Shown piece by piece: positions 18,581 to 28,350 of a stretch of DNA of 64,000 nucleotides. The position numbers and the translations under genes were made by a program. The notes beneath the pieces are model-generated. The model ran no database searches. It was not told the DNA's origin and saw only the letters and a list, made by a program, of their open reading frames with translations. Location of the stretch: positions 19,754 through 83,753 of the IMG/VR virus record IMGVR_UViG_3300035703_000053; one strand, 5' to 3'. The first letter of the stretch is position 1; every line of letters starts with the position of its first letter. Source of the stretch: a virus.

Positions 18581-19555
18581 TCACTCCATCACAAACAGTT
18601 TGTTTGCAATCACGTTCGGCTGAGCCTGGTTGATAACACGCCAGGCATTCTGGGGATCACGCGCCATCATTTCGTTGAACGTGTTCCAGAAGTTTTCAGG
18701 TTGTTGAGGAGCAGCGGCAGCAGGCGGTGCAGGGAACTGACCCATTTCAGGCTGAGCCACTTGAGTGGGATAACCACGCGTCTCAAGCTGGGCTTCGTTT
18801 TCGTATACAGGGTACGGACCTTCGGGACCGAAGAACTTCAGCGTGTAATCACTGAGTACATCAGGGTTGGTCAGAATCTCGTTATAAGCCAGATTCTCTT
18901 GGTGCTCGTTGACAGCAAAGTTGGCGTAGCCGGTGATTACGTTAGCGGCTTGATTTCCCCACGCGACGGCGCTGTCCAGCATTTGCTCCAGGTTTAGAGC
19001 GTAGTTGTTCAGCAGGGCCGGAGCCTCCAGTCCGAACGCGTCCATCACCTGGCGGCTTTCCTGGCTCATTCCCACCAGATCCGCGATTTGCTCCAAGGAA
19101 GGAGTCGAGGAGGTTTGGGAAGAGTTGGGCGAGTATGCCTGGTTGGGAGACCAGGTCTGCGGAGCCGATTGTTGCGTAGCTTGGCTGCTGGCCAGACCGT
19201 AATTGGCCGGGGAATACTGAGTCGTCGGTGTTGACGACTGACCCTGGAACGGGGACTGGACTGGTGCGCTCAGCAGGTTCACCACCTTGTTGAACGCCGA
19301 CTCCCAGGGATTCCCCGCCGAGGTTTCCGCCGGTTGGGATTGGGGGGCGTACTGAGTAGGGCTGGATTGGTAGCTGGGGCTCGCCTGAGGTACCGCTTGG
19401 GGGTAGCTGGTACCCACTTGGTACGCCACCGGACCCGCCTGGTAGCTGGCCGGAGCTGCTTGAGGTGCCGGAGCTGCCACCACGTAGCTGCTCGGAGCGA
19501 CGGCCGCTGGCGCTTGGCTCGTCTGTGGGATCGATTGGACGGTAGCGTCCTGCAT
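18581..19555 (-). CDS. putative capsid scaffolding protein
   Basis: AAGGAG RBS; low-complexity N-terminus; lies between portal and MCP. Confidence 0.65.
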   Translation of the reverse strand: MQDATVQSIPQTSQAPAAVAPSSYVVAAPAPQAAPASYQAGPVAYQVGTSYPQAVPQASPSYQSSPTQYAPQSQPAETSAGNPWESAFNKVVNLLSAPVQSPFQGQSSTPTTQYSPANYGLASSQATQQSAPQTWSPNQAYSPNSSQTSSTPSLEQIADLVGMSQESRQVMDAFGLEAPALLNNYALNLEQMLDSAVAWGNQAANVITGYANFAVNEHQENLAYNEILTNPDVLSDYTLKFFGPEGPYPVYENEAQLETRGYPTQVAQPEMGQFPAPPAAAAPQQPENFWNTFNEMMARDPQNAWRVINQAQPNVIANKLFVME

Positions 19556-21305
19556 AACTCATCTCCTTTTGTAGAGCTTCTAATGTGCGATACAGATATG
19601 GGGTTAAATCCAATCTCGGATCCGCAGCCATCGGTAAGTCCGGTGATTGCGGGTGGGGGGTCTGCATCATTCCACCCACTAGGCGAGCAAATTGAGAGTA
19701 TGCACCCTGCAATTCGTTCACCATCCTGAAGGGGAACCCCGATAACATCGCGGCCCGCTCCTCATCCGTTTTTGAAGGGAAGAGGTATTTCAGTGCTTCA
19801 ATGCTATCAACACCTAATTCCTGCAGATTTCGTACCACGATGGAGTTGTTGAGGATGTCTTGGGTTGAATCCTCATAAACAGGGCCCAACCAACGCCAAA
19901 GCATGGTCACATCACCATCTGGGATTAATCCCAAAACTCCGGGAGGGATTTGTTGTGTACGGAGACAAGCCATCATTAACTGCTTGACTCGATCTTCAAA
20001 AACATTAAGTGCTTCTTCATAAGCATTGATGTCTTCATCAGATGCGTTTTCCGGTAGATCCAGGGGGCGCTCTAATCCTGCTGCTGCGGCAAGCGTTTGA
20101 CGGAATAACTTTTCTTCTTGGAAAATGATTAATTCAAGACAACGACAAACACCATAGGTGTACACCGCGTTTGCTTTTTTCTTTGCTGTGGCGGAAACGC
20201 GACCAAACAGAGATTTGTATTCGGTTGCCGTCACGCCAGCAGAGATAGAAAGTTCGTCAACACCGCCAAGTGCTGTGCGAATTTCTTCTCGATATTGACG
20301 AGCAAACGAGTTCTGGTCCCCTGTAATAGCATCCGGAACAATATAACCAACACGGTCGTTAGGTTCCAGGTTTGCAATGACGCGGGGGACCCTGATAGTA
20401 CCGTCAACACCACGACTAATTGGATCTTGCTTGAATGTAGAGCGGCTCAACGCCGACATGCTGTTAAAGCCTGAGTTGGCTGCGATAGACGGCCTTTGAA
20501 CAACAGAGTCGCCTCCGGTCTCAATAAGGTCAGTTTTTGGACGAGAGGAAAGAAGTGTTGGATTACCAAAGAATGTGATGTTTTTCCGCATGGTGCGGAC
20601 AATTTCATCATGCGTGACGATGTGATTAGCGAGTGCATCAAACTCTCCCACGCCTTCGTTTGAGAAGCCTTTGGGATTGTTAAAGATTTCTACGCAAGGA
20701 ATGAATCCGAGAGTGTTTTTAAATGTCTTGGTTTTGCCAGGGATAGCCTGATGGTTAGTATCAAAAGAAATCTCGCCTTCCGAGTGGGTTTCTTCGATTG
20801 TTTTGCGCTTGATTGAAAGTCTGATATAACGTTTAATGCCTTGATTGCCAAGTGTAGCCATACCGGTAAGACTACTGGATGCAACATCTTGCTGATAACC
20901 AAAGCCATTACGCACCTTATAGCTATAGATGATTACAACTTCATCTAGCTCTCCGTCAATGTTGTAGAAACTTCTGTATTCGTGCTTGCGGAAGAAATAG
21001 AGGCGATAGTTGTTTTCTGTTGGACGAATATAAAAAATTCCTTGACCATCACAAAGGAAATAATCCCAGATGGAATCTAAGCGCGTATCTAGTTGGTTGT
21101 ATTTAATTATACGGTCGATGAAGTCTTTGCGTTGATTACCAAAGTTATCTTGAGCTGGAAAAAATTCAACCCCTTGGCGAATACCAAACAGTTTCATCTG
21201 CGAAAGATGAGAGGCGACAATGCCCGTATCAATCATTGACCCACCGTCTTTTTCAAGGTAGGAGTCAATAATTTCTTTAAGTCGGGATTTAGCGTCGCCT
21301 GCCAT
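18942..21305 (-). CDS. portal protein (probable), with C-terminal extension overlapping scaffold
   Basis: Size and position between TerL and MCP; KNTLGFIPCVEIFNNP..GVGEF portal-like segment. Confidence 0.75.
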   Translation of the reverse strand: MAGDAKSRLKEIIDSYLEKDGGSMIDTGIVASHLSQMKLFGIRQGVEFFPAQDNFGNQRKDFIDRIIKYNQLDTRLDSIWDYFLCDGQGIFYIRPTENNYRLYFFRKHEYRSFYNIDGELDEVVIIYSYKVRNGFGYQQDVASSSLTGMATLGNQGIKRYIRLSIKRKTIEETHSEGEISFDTNHQAIPGKTKTFKNTLGFIPCVEIFNNPKGFSNEGVGEFDALANHIVTHDEIVRTMRKNITFFGNPTLLSSRPKTDLIETGGDSVVQRPSIAANSGFNSMSALSRSTFKQDPISRGVDGTIRVPRVIANLEPNDRVGYIVPDAITGDQNSFARQYREEIRTALGGVDELSISAGVTATEYKSLFGRVSATAKKKANAVYTYGVCRCLELIIFQEEKLFRQTLAAAAGLERPLDLPENASDEDINAYEEALNVFEDRVKQLMMACLRTQQIPPGVLGLIPDGDVTMLWRWLGPVYEDSTQDILNNSIVVRNLQELGVDSIEALKYLFPSKTDEERAAMLSGFPFRMVNELQGAYSQFARLVGGMMQTPHPQSPDLPMAADPRLDLTPYLYRTLEALQKEMSYAGRYRPIDPTDEPSASGRRSEQLRGGSSGTSSSSGQLPGGSGGVPSGYQLPPSGTSGEPQLPIQPYSVRPPIPTGGNLGGESLGVGVQQGGEPAERTSPVPVPGSVVNTDDSVFPGQLRSGQQPSYATIGSADLVSQPGILAQLFPNLLDSFLGANRGSGGNEPGKPPGDGRVRTGGSGPAEQLRSKPGANAGQRRRVGKSSR

Positions 21306-21342
21306 TATCGTGATCGTTTAATAGAATACTAACAAAATATTT

Positions 21343-21864
21343 TTAAATTGCGCCTGTTCCTAACTCGCCTTGTAAGCCAGGTCCTTGATAAGGACCAAAA
21401 TACGGGCGGATACCGGGGCGCATTGGTTGGGTCATGCCTTGCGGCCACCGATAATTTCGCAGAGGATTTACAGAATTGTTTTTACTTGGATCATACGGCA
21501 TCCGTTCATCTAAAAGATTAGTGCGTGCTGCGCCAGGTATGTCAGTCCAACTTTCTTGCGTGCCGCGATCTAAAATTTGTTGCCACGAAGGTTTTGCTTG
21601 TGCAATCAAGCCGTCTACGTTACCAATTCCCGCAAGTGGAAGTTGCGGTCCAGTGCGGCGAAGAAAAATTTCTTTTTCGTTTGGGTTATCTGTTTTTATC
21701 CCTTTGTTATAAATTTTTTGCTGTCGTTGATCACGTTTGAAGGCTTCGGGATCAATAGCACTACCTTCTCCACCAATAAAATTTCCGCCGGCCAAAAAGT
21801 TGCTATTGGGGAGGGCTCCAGCATTGCCCATGTCAACTGGTTGGCCGCCGTAAACCCTATACAT
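21343..21864 (-). CDS. hypothetical protein
   Basis: 173 aa with upstream TAGAAT. Confidence 0.55.
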   Translation of the reverse strand: MYRVYGGQPVDMGNAGALPNSNFLAGGNFIGGEGSAIDPEAFKRDQRQQKIYNKGIKTDNPNEKEIFLRRTGPQLPLAGIGNVDGLIAQAKPSWQQILDRGTQESWTDIPGAARTNLLDERMPYDPSKNNSVNPLRNYRWPQGMTQPMRPGIRPYFGPYQGPGLQGELGTGAI

Positions 21865-21887
21865 ATTTCTTAAAAGTTTTTTTTATT

Positions 21888-22070
21888 CTACTCTTCTAAA
21901 ACTTCATAACCAAACGAATCATGGACTTTGGTTAGCACAACTCCTTCGCCACGCAAATCCCAATTCAAAACATCGCCTTCTTGCCAGCCAAGCTCTTCAA
22001 TCAATTCTTCGGGAAATGTAATGAACTGATCTCCGTTTTCGTCTTCCTGTACTTCAACAATGTAGCTCAT
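21888..22070 (-). CDS. AbrB/MazE-like DNA-binding protein
   Basis: GDQFITFPEELIEELGWQEGDVL.W.....VVLTK. Confidence 0.75.
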   Translation of the reverse strand: MSYIVEVQEDENGDQFITFPEELIEELGWQEGDVLNWDLRGEGVVLTKVHDSFGYEVLEE

Positions 22071-22369
22071 TTTGACAAAAGCTTTTCCATTAGCTTATCA
22101 AGCTTAATATTGATCTGCTTGAAGTTATCGTGCATTTCTTGGATTTCCCTTAGAAAGTCCACCTTAAGAACATACTCCAAAGGCATGCGATTGATTTGGT
22201 TTTCCAGGGAGTTAACCCGGTTTTCTTGTGCAGACAACATTAGATGAACCTGCTTGATCCGTTCGTGTGCACGGCTTAAGATTCTGTTGGCTACCCAGGA
22301 ACCCCCGGTAAAGGCAGAAACAGCAGCCGTAAGCCCGAGGGCTAGGTATTCTGGGCCCACAAGTAACAA
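22067..22369 (-). CDS. membrane-anchored coiled-coil protein (holin-like candidate)
   Basis: N-terminal hydrophobic segment, then coiled coil with MPLEYVLKVDF. Confidence 0.55.
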   Translation of the reverse strand: MLLVGPEYLALGLTAAVSAFTGGSWVANRILSRAHERIKQVHLMLSAQENRVNSLENQINRMPLEYVLKVDFLREIQEMHDNFKQINIKLDKLMEKLLSK

Positions 22370-22391
22370 CGCATTTTTTTAATTCTAAAAC

Positions 22392-23918
22392 CTAGTAATC
22401 AAGATGTAACTCGCCCTTACGCATAAGACCATTAACCAACCAGACCAATGCATCAACGCAGTCGTCGTGACTGCTAACACCAAAGTTGGTCAATTCTTCA
22501 AACATTGCAGTAAAGTTTCTAAACCGATTGAAAATAATTTTGCGATCTTCAAACATACCAATAATGCCTCTGAAACGAGCAAGTTTATCAGCCCTGAAAC
22601 CTTTAACCGGGTGCCAATGCAAGTTATACAAGCTTTCATTGGTTAAACAAATTCGTTTGAAATCGGCCTCCAGGGATGCCTGGTATGCAACTGCTTCACT
22701 CCAGATGTCACACGTTGAATAAGTAGGGAAATAATTACCTGCTTCATCTCGACCAAGAATTGACCAATCATTAAGCAATTCTTTAAGAGCATCAAGTTTT
22801 TCCAGATTACCCATGACGCGCAACCGGCGATAATCAATAATATGTATCTTGTCTCCAATGCGTCCACCAAGAATCATCACTGTATAGTCATTTTTTTCCT
22901 TTGTTCCAACAGAAAGGTCAACGCCAATACCAAGAGTGTCAAACTCTGTTGCAATTTCAGCTTTAACAATTAACTCTGGTGCCAGGGAGAGTTCATTTTG
23001 CCTGACAATTTGATTCATGTACTGGAATGAAAAAGCAATAGGAGCTTGCCGTTTCTTTTCTTTTAAGTACTCTAATGACCACATCTCTGGCCAATAAGAC
23101 AGCTCATCCCCTGTTACTGGATCTGTTTTAATGGCAGGAAGAACGATTTGCTGCCAGTTGTTTTGTTCATTGAAAGTGGTTGCATGAATATCGTCGTGAC
23201 GGAAGCGAGTACCGAGACAAATCGCCCGCCCGCCTTCAAACATAGTTGGCGAGATCACAGCATTCCAGTTGTCCTGCATCATCTTTCTGATGTCAGGGTT
23301 GGCAATATCCGCAGAACTTTTAATAGCGTCGTCAATACAGATTAAGTGACTACGCTTAGAAGTCACTGAACCTTTTAGGCCTGCGGCACATAATGTAAAT
23401 TGTTCGTCACCGGTAACATCAATGCCGGCAAACTTGTGATCAATAGACCAATACTCGTTGCTAGTAACGTTTTTTAAAAGACGGACTGTTGGAAATACTT
23501 CTTGATATCGTTTGCTTTCAATGATTCGTTTGATGGTTGCAGACTTTGAACGAGCAATGTCAACGGTATATGACAGGTAAAGCACCTGCAAGGGTTTCTT
23601 TGCTGTTGTGTGGACGCCTATAGCCCAAGCGGCAAACAAGCCCAGTACGGTGCTCTTGGCTGAGCCCCTAGGAGCTAAAAGGTCAATGTTTGGCCCAGCA
23701 ATTTTTACCAGGCAAGAACTGTCTTGTCCTGTTACAAACTTATGGTGCCACTCTTTGTGGTGTTCTGCGGGAGGCTTATCAGCTACGTATTCACAAAAGT
23801 ATCCAAAGTCTTCGCGTGCCCTCTGGATATCTTTAATATTTTTGGGATCTTTAATTAACTTCCTTTGTGCAGCTGCTTTGGCGTTACGGCGATGTGCTAG
23901 GTGTACGTAAGCAGGCAC
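22392..23918 (-). CDS. terL: terminase large subunit
   Basis: Walker A APRGSAKST, Walker B ICIDD, GTRF..DD, nuclease IGVDL and HDDCVDAL. Confidence 0.95.
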   Translation of the reverse strand: MPAYVHLAHRRNAKAAAQRKLIKDPKNIKDIQRAREDFGYFCEYVADKPPAEHHKEWHHKFVTGQDSSCLVKIAGPNIDLLAPRGSAKSTVLGLFAAWAIGVHTTAKKPLQVLYLSYTVDIARSKSATIKRIIESKRYQEVFPTVRLLKNVTSNEYWSIDHKFAGIDVTGDEQFTLCAAGLKGSVTSKRSHLICIDDAIKSSADIANPDIRKMMQDNWNAVISPTMFEGGRAICLGTRFRHDDIHATTFNEQNNWQQIVLPAIKTDPVTGDELSYWPEMWSLEYLKEKKRQAPIAFSFQYMNQIVRQNELSLAPELIVKAEIATEFDTLGIGVDLSVGTKEKNDYTVMILGGRIGDKIHIIDYRRLRVMGNLEKLDALKELLNDWSILGRDEAGNYFPTYSTCDIWSEAVAYQASLEADFKRICLTNESLYNLHWHPVKGFRADKLARFRGIIGMFEDRKIIFNRFRNFTAMFEELTNFGVSSHDDCVDALVWLVNGLMRKGELHLDY

Positions 23919-23951
23919 AGTATTAATTCAGTGTATTAACTGAATCGTAGC

Positions 23952-24116
23952 CTATTTAGACTTAGATTTGGAACGTTTACTCTCTTGGTACTTACGGGCC
24001 TTGTCAAGAGCAGCTTTACGCTTTTCTTTGTCCGACATCTCAGTACCGTCTTCGTTCTTGGCTTCTTTTTTCTTGAGGTATTCAAGAAATTGAGGTGGCA
24101 TTTTGCTACTAGCCAT
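23952..24116 (-). CDS. small basic protein (54 aa, not in ORF track)
   Basis: Hand translated: MASSKMPPQFLEYLKKKEAKNEDG...RSKSKSK; upstream TAAAAT. Confidence 0.6.
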   Translation of the reverse strand: MASSKMPPQFLEYLKKKEAKNEDGTEMSDKEKRKAALDKARKYQESKRSKSKSK

Positions 24117-24167
24117 CAGCAAATAATCTGCAGAAGTTAAATTACTTTATGTTTATTTTAACTGGGA

Positions 24168-24785
24168 CTACTCTTCTAACTGCATTCGAGACCAAACGCT
24201 CATTGAAGCTTCTTCCAAGGGACCTTCGTAGGGGTCATCTTTGAAAATCATAAGCAACTCACGGATGGCACGATCAGCACCAGCCATCAGCAAGCCCTTG
24301 CGATCTTTAGTAGATGTAAATTGCTCAACCTGTGCAATAGTCCCTCGTAACTCTTTTTGTAGTGCTGCGATACGTGCAACACCTGCATCTCGTTTTACGA
24401 TTTTGTTTTCAATGTCTTCCCGAAGTTTTCGCATATCTTCCAGCATCTCCTCAATTTCCCCCAGTAGGGTTTTGCGGTGATCTGGTTTTCTATAGTTTTG
24501 TTTGATCCAAAGGTCGCACGCTGTGATACTACCGGTGTAACCAAGGAACCTAGCGTAAAGATAAATTTCTACAACCGAATAATTGTCTTCGGCAAAATAG
24601 CAGAAAGTTTCTTGTTCTGCTGCATCTAAATTATCGACCCAGTGCTCAAAGAGCTCAATATCGATAAGCTCGTTGGGCCTGATTGTAGTCTCGCTCTTCG
24701 TCTCTTTGTCTGTACTGCTGTTGCTGCTCGGCAGAGGTGCGGGACTCTTCTGCACCTTTACCGATGGTTTCTCGCTCTTGTTCAC
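24168..24785 (-). CDS. helical protein, terminase small subunit candidate
   Basis: Coiled-coil ORF just upstream of terL; function from position only. Confidence 0.45.
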   Translation of the reverse strand: MNKSEKPSVKVQKSPAPLPSSNSSTDKETKSETTIRPNELIDIELFEHWVDNLDAAEQETFCYFAEDNYSVVEIYLYARFLGYTGSITACDLWIKQNYRKPDHRKTLLGEIEEMLEDMRKLREDIENKIVKRDAGVARIAALQKELRGTIAQVEQFTSTKDRKGLLMAGADRAIRELLMIFKDDPYEGPLEEASMSVWSRMQLEE

Positions 24786-24903
24786 CAGCAGTCTCCATTT
24801 TTTTCTTAGAGAATTCGTAAGCCACGCCAGCAGCCTGACGATATTTGTCTAGATCAAACCAATCATCAACATCGGTTTGCCCTGCGGGAACGGTGCTAGC
24901 CAT
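24655..24903 (-). CDS. small Q/E/R-rich protein
   Basis: 82 aa; upstream TAAAAT; DDWFDLDKY motif. Confidence 0.6.
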   Translation of the reverse strand: MASTVPAGQTDVDDWFDLDKYRQAAGVAYEFSKKKMETAGEQERETIGKGAEESRTSAEQQQQYRQRDEERDYNQAQRAYRY

Positions 24904-24949
24904 GGCTTGTAAATCTTACAAAAAGTAAAAATTTTAACTATGCAAAAAT

Positions 24950-25096
24950 TTAAACATAATTAATGGGTTTGTTTTCCAGGGAACTTTGGCGCTGTTGTTC
25001 GTTTTTGGAACTAGTAAGTCGCTGGAGCAACTGTTCAAACTTATTGATATCAAAGGAATCGTTTCCTTCAGGCTGTGAGGCAGAAGTAGATAGCAT
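24950..25096 (-). CDS. 48-aa paralog of adjacent gene (not in ORF track)
   Basis: DSFDINKFEQLLQRLTSSKNEQQRQSSLE aligns with DDFDIDRFDTLLQRLEGSKGRQQRQKSVE. Confidence 0.6.
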   Translation of the reverse strand: MLSTSASQPEGNDSFDINKFEQLLQRLTSSKNEQQRQSSLENKPINYV

Positions 25097-25101
25097 GGTT
25101 A

Positions 25102-25398
25102 TTAGAAATTACTCATCATAGAAGCAAGGCCTTGGGCAAAAATGTCACGACGGCCTTCAACGGATTTTTGACGCTGTTGGCGACCCTTGGAGCCTTCCAA
25201 GCGTTGAAGAAGCGTATCAAACCGATCAATATCAAAGTCATCAGCACCAAACTGCTTTTCTGCAGCTTGCTCTTTTAACGCATTGCGCTTAGCTTCATTG
25301 ATTTCACCACGCTTGAATGCGTCTTCAATAGCACTTACTTTACCTGCATAGACATTGTAATCCTCTCCTTTGCCAGTTTCCCACCAATTGCGAGCCAT
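25102..25398 (-). CDS. hypothetical virion-module protein
   Basis: ATG 25398 (MARNWW); upstream TATAAT. Confidence 0.6.
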   Translation of the reverse strand: MARNWWETGKGEDYNVYAGKVSAIEDAFKRGEINEAKRNALKEQAAEKQFGADDFDIDRFDTLLQRLEGSKGRQQRQKSVEGRRDIFAQGLASMMSNF

Positions 25399-25450
25399 GT
25401 TGATAACCAATTAAGTGAACTTCTTGTTTATTATAGCAAATGTACCAATA

Positions 25451-26344
25451 TCAAGAAAAATTAAACGAACCAATAAGAGCCTTGTACATATCACCGCTTG
25501 AGGAAATACGCTGAACTTCTTTAGCACCTTGATTCCTAAGGTCTTGTACCTCTTTATCAATAGCACCTTGTAAACCAGTCAAACCAGCACTATATAAGTA
25601 CTGCCTGGTATCACGGATGTTTTGAGTTTGCTCTTCAATTTCAGCAGGTGTACCAGTAAAGCTGTCACCAATTTGCGGAAGTTCGACACCAGCCCTGGAC
25701 GCAATCTCGCCTTTATAAGTAGGAAGAAGATTTTGGGAAAATTTAAACGCACGCTTGCCGGTTCTCTCTCCGGCTTGATCGGTCGTTTGTTGTCCATACA
25801 TTGTGTCGTAATAGTTGTCGAGATAACTTTTATTGAATTTTTTTTGAAACTCGGGACTTTTAAGGATCGAATCCCGAAGGTCATCGTTACTTTTGTAATA
25901 ACCCTGGTTAAAGCGTTCCAGGGCCTTTTGTTTTTCTTCTGCTGTTGCAGAGCGCCCCAGGTTTTCTTCGTATGCTGCTTCAATGGCCGTTGAACGCTGA
26001 CCAGGAAGCAGTTCTTTGGTATAGATGTCAGTCAGCGCTGTAATATCTTCCTCAGGAGGATTTAGACTGTATTTAGATGCATAATCACGAAGTTGTGAAG
26101 TTGCATCTTGATAGTTAAGAAGACCCTGGCGCATTTGCGATTCAATGCCGCTACGCAAACCACCGTAGGCAAGTTGTGCCGACGCTTTTCTTGCCGCTTC
26201 TTTATTTATTGCTGCTTCTTTTTCTTCCTGCGCACGCTGATCAGCAAGACTTTCTTTTTCTTGTTGATACCTCAAATATTTCTCAAAGGAGTCATCCTTT
26301 GGAATATTGGGTGGTTGATAGTTAACCGTACGACTTCCGCCCAT
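25451..26344 (-). CDS. putative internal virion protein
   Basis: AGGAGG RBS; helical Q/E-rich. Confidence 0.65.
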   Translation of the reverse strand: MGGSRTVNYQPPNIPKDDSFEKYLRYQQEKESLADQRAQEEKEAAINKEAARKASAQLAYGGLRSGIESQMRQGLLNYQDATSQLRDYASKYSLNPPEEDITALTDIYTKELLPGQRSTAIEAAYEENLGRSATAEEKQKALERFNQGYYKSNDDLRDSILKSPEFQKKFNKSYLDNYYDTMYGQQTTDQAGERTGKRAFKFSQNLLPTYKGEIASRAGVELPQIGDSFTGTPAEIEEQTQNIRDTRQYLYSAGLTGLQGAIDKEVQDLRNQGAKEVQRISSSGDMYKALIGSFNFS

Positions 26345-26356
26345 TTTTACCTCCTG

Positions 26357-26851
26357 TTAGACAACCATAGAACTAACATTTGTTGGAGCTTTAGGCCCAA
26401 ACATTGCAGCCATGCCGCCTTCAATTTGTGCCTGGTTGCGCTTCATATTAAGCAGGTTTTCAAACCTTTGAGCAGCTTGTGCCTCAGGACTGATTTTGGC
26501 AAAACGCGAACGACGCGCTCCTTCTGTAATGCCTGCAAGTTCTTTTTCAAACCCTGGACCTAACTCCCACTCACGCCCGCGTTGCTGTCGACCAAATTCA
26601 AGGTCAGCAGCTGTTTGGCCAAAGACTCGTGCGCCGAGGTTTTCACCGAGTTGAGCATACATGCCCTCTCGGTTAAGCATTGCACTTGTTTCAAGTGCGG
26701 AGTTTTGTGCCCGGAGTTGTGCCTCCAGACCGGAGCGCATAATATCTTGCTGGCGCTGCTGGCTAGCAATCTGAAATGGCAAGCCAACTAGGCCAATACC
26801 TGCTGAAACCAGCGGACCACCAGCTCCTGACCAAAATCCCGATGCCGCCAT
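26357..26851 (-). CDS. putative internal virion/ejection protein
   Basis: Gly-rich hydrophobic N-terminus, then Q/A helix. Confidence 0.6.
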   Translation of the reverse strand: MAASGFWSGAGGPLVSAGIGLVGLPFQIASQQRQQDIMRSGLEAQLRAQNSALETSAMLNREGMYAQLGENLGARVFGQTAADLEFGRQQRGREWELGPGFEKELAGITEGARRSRFAKISPEAQAAQRFENLLNMKRNQAQIEGGMAAMFGPKAPTNVSSMVV

Positions 26852-26898
26852 TTAATCGACCTTAATTATTTGTATTTTAATACAGGTATTCAAGACAA

Positions 26899-27444
26899 CT
26901 AACCAAAGTAACGAGAGATGGGAACTCCGTAGCTCGCGCCTTGGATTTGTTGACGAGGGAATGTGCGATACGTTTCAGACACAACACCCGGGATATCTCC
27001 GTACAACCTAGCCATTAACTCGCGTTCACCAGCACCACCAAAGGCTGATGCAATAGTTCCAGGGAGTTTATTAATTTGATTGTACATTGATGTGATGCCC
27101 AGACTTTCTTTACCTAGTTCCTGGGCACGTTTTGCATTTTCATATTGAATATCGGCGTTCATTTTTAAAAGTTTTTGGTAATCTTCCGGAGATGTCTTTT
27201 GAGATTCAGCAATAAGGCCGACTAGTCCAATAGCTTTTTCGTCGGGAGTTGCGTCTGCGTATCCAGGTGTATTACGGAGCTCGGCAATCTTTTCGACCAG
27301 GGTTTTGTTTTGTGTGGGTTGTGCAGAGCCAGGTGAAACAAGCTGAGGTGTATTAGCACCAAGGCCAAACATGCCTAATTTTTCTCCCGCAGACCAGCGG
27401 AAGTTATTTGGATTGAATGCTTGTTGATAATATCCCATGATCAA
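26899..27444 (-). CDS. hypothetical virion-module protein
   Basis: ATGA overlap with upstream gene. Confidence 0.6.
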   Translation of the reverse strand: MIMGYYQQAFNPNNFRWSAGEKLGMFGLGANTPQLVSPGSAQPTQNKTLVEKIAELRNTPGYADATPDEKAIGLVGLIAESQKTSPEDYQKLLKMNADIQYENAKRAQELGKESLGITSMYNQINKLPGTIASAFGGAGERELMARLYGDIPGVVSETYRTFPRQQIQGASYGVPISRYFG

Positions 27445-28307
27445 CCAAAGCTAATGGACGGCGCTTGCAGGGTTGAGCCAGAGTATGGGTTGGCGCTGAT
27501 CGCAGTACGAAGAGTAGCGCCTGCTTCAGCCATGCCTTGACCAGCTAACTTAAACGAGCCGGCTTGCCGTCCCAGGGTCTGATAGGCAGCTGACTGAGTG
27601 TTAATTAAAGCTTGTTGATTGATCAGCTGTTGACGCATTGTGCGTTCAGCTAAAGGCTGAAGAGATTTCTGGAGTTGAATATAGGAATTAACTTGATCTT
27701 GCATTGCTTGGCGATCAAGCCCTAGCTGGGACTGACCAATTGCACCTTGCCGTTGAACCTCATACTCAAGGTCGCGCTGACGCTGAATACGCTCGCGGGC
27801 CGCATCTGAAACAGGAATTTCAGGCGTTAAAGGAGTTCTGGGTACAGAAATATCGGCACCACCAGCGCCTTTCTTGCCTTCTTCTGCAGCCCCAAACAAA
27901 GATGCAGTACCTGCTTGTGCAGCGGCAGGAGCAAGTAATTGCAGTGCACCACCAGCTAGCTTCATTGGCAGGCTACCTTTCATCAGTAAATTACTGAAGG
28001 GCGCCGTAATGGCTGCTGCACCAAGACCAGCGGCGGTACTAGCAATACCTGGTACAAGCCCTTGTTGCTGGAAGGTTTGCAGTGCGCCAGGGGCAAGACC
28101 AATGGCCGTGGCACCATAGCCGGCAGCGGCACGCATTCTGCCTTGCGCAGCGGGGGCATCTAAGTTCTGCAGACCTTGCTGAAGATATTCACCTGCACCT
28201 CCCATGGCTTCACCCAGACGACGCTGGTAATAGCGCGTACGTGCGCCTAATAAAGTCAGTGGATCGTCTAAAGGGTTTAGCCTAGAACTAGGAGCCTGAT
28301 CCGCCAT
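27441..28307 (-). CDS. putative internal virion/ejection protein
   Basis: A/G/Q-rich; glycine zipper plus coiled coil. Confidence 0.6.
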   Translation of the reverse strand: MADQAPSSRLNPLDDPLTLLGARTRYYQRRLGEAMGGAGEYLQQGLQNLDAPAAQGRMRAAAGYGATAIGLAPGALQTFQQQGLVPGIASTAAGLGAAAITAPFSNLLMKGSLPMKLAGGALQLLAPAAAQAGTASLFGAAEEGKKGAGGADISVPRTPLTPEIPVSDAARERIQRQRDLEYEVQRQGAIGQSQLGLDRQAMQDQVNSYIQLQKSLQPLAERTMRQQLINQQALINTQSAAYQTLGRQAGSFKLAGQGMAEAGATLRTAISANPYSGSTLQAPSISFG

Positions 28308-28350
28308 ATCTAACTGTATTTATATGTTTAAATTCTATCAGTATTGATAT

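Noticed and set aside
16029-18997. Long plus-strand ORFs 16029..16751 and 18224..18997
   Set aside because: Antisense shadows of biased structural genes, with no motifs.
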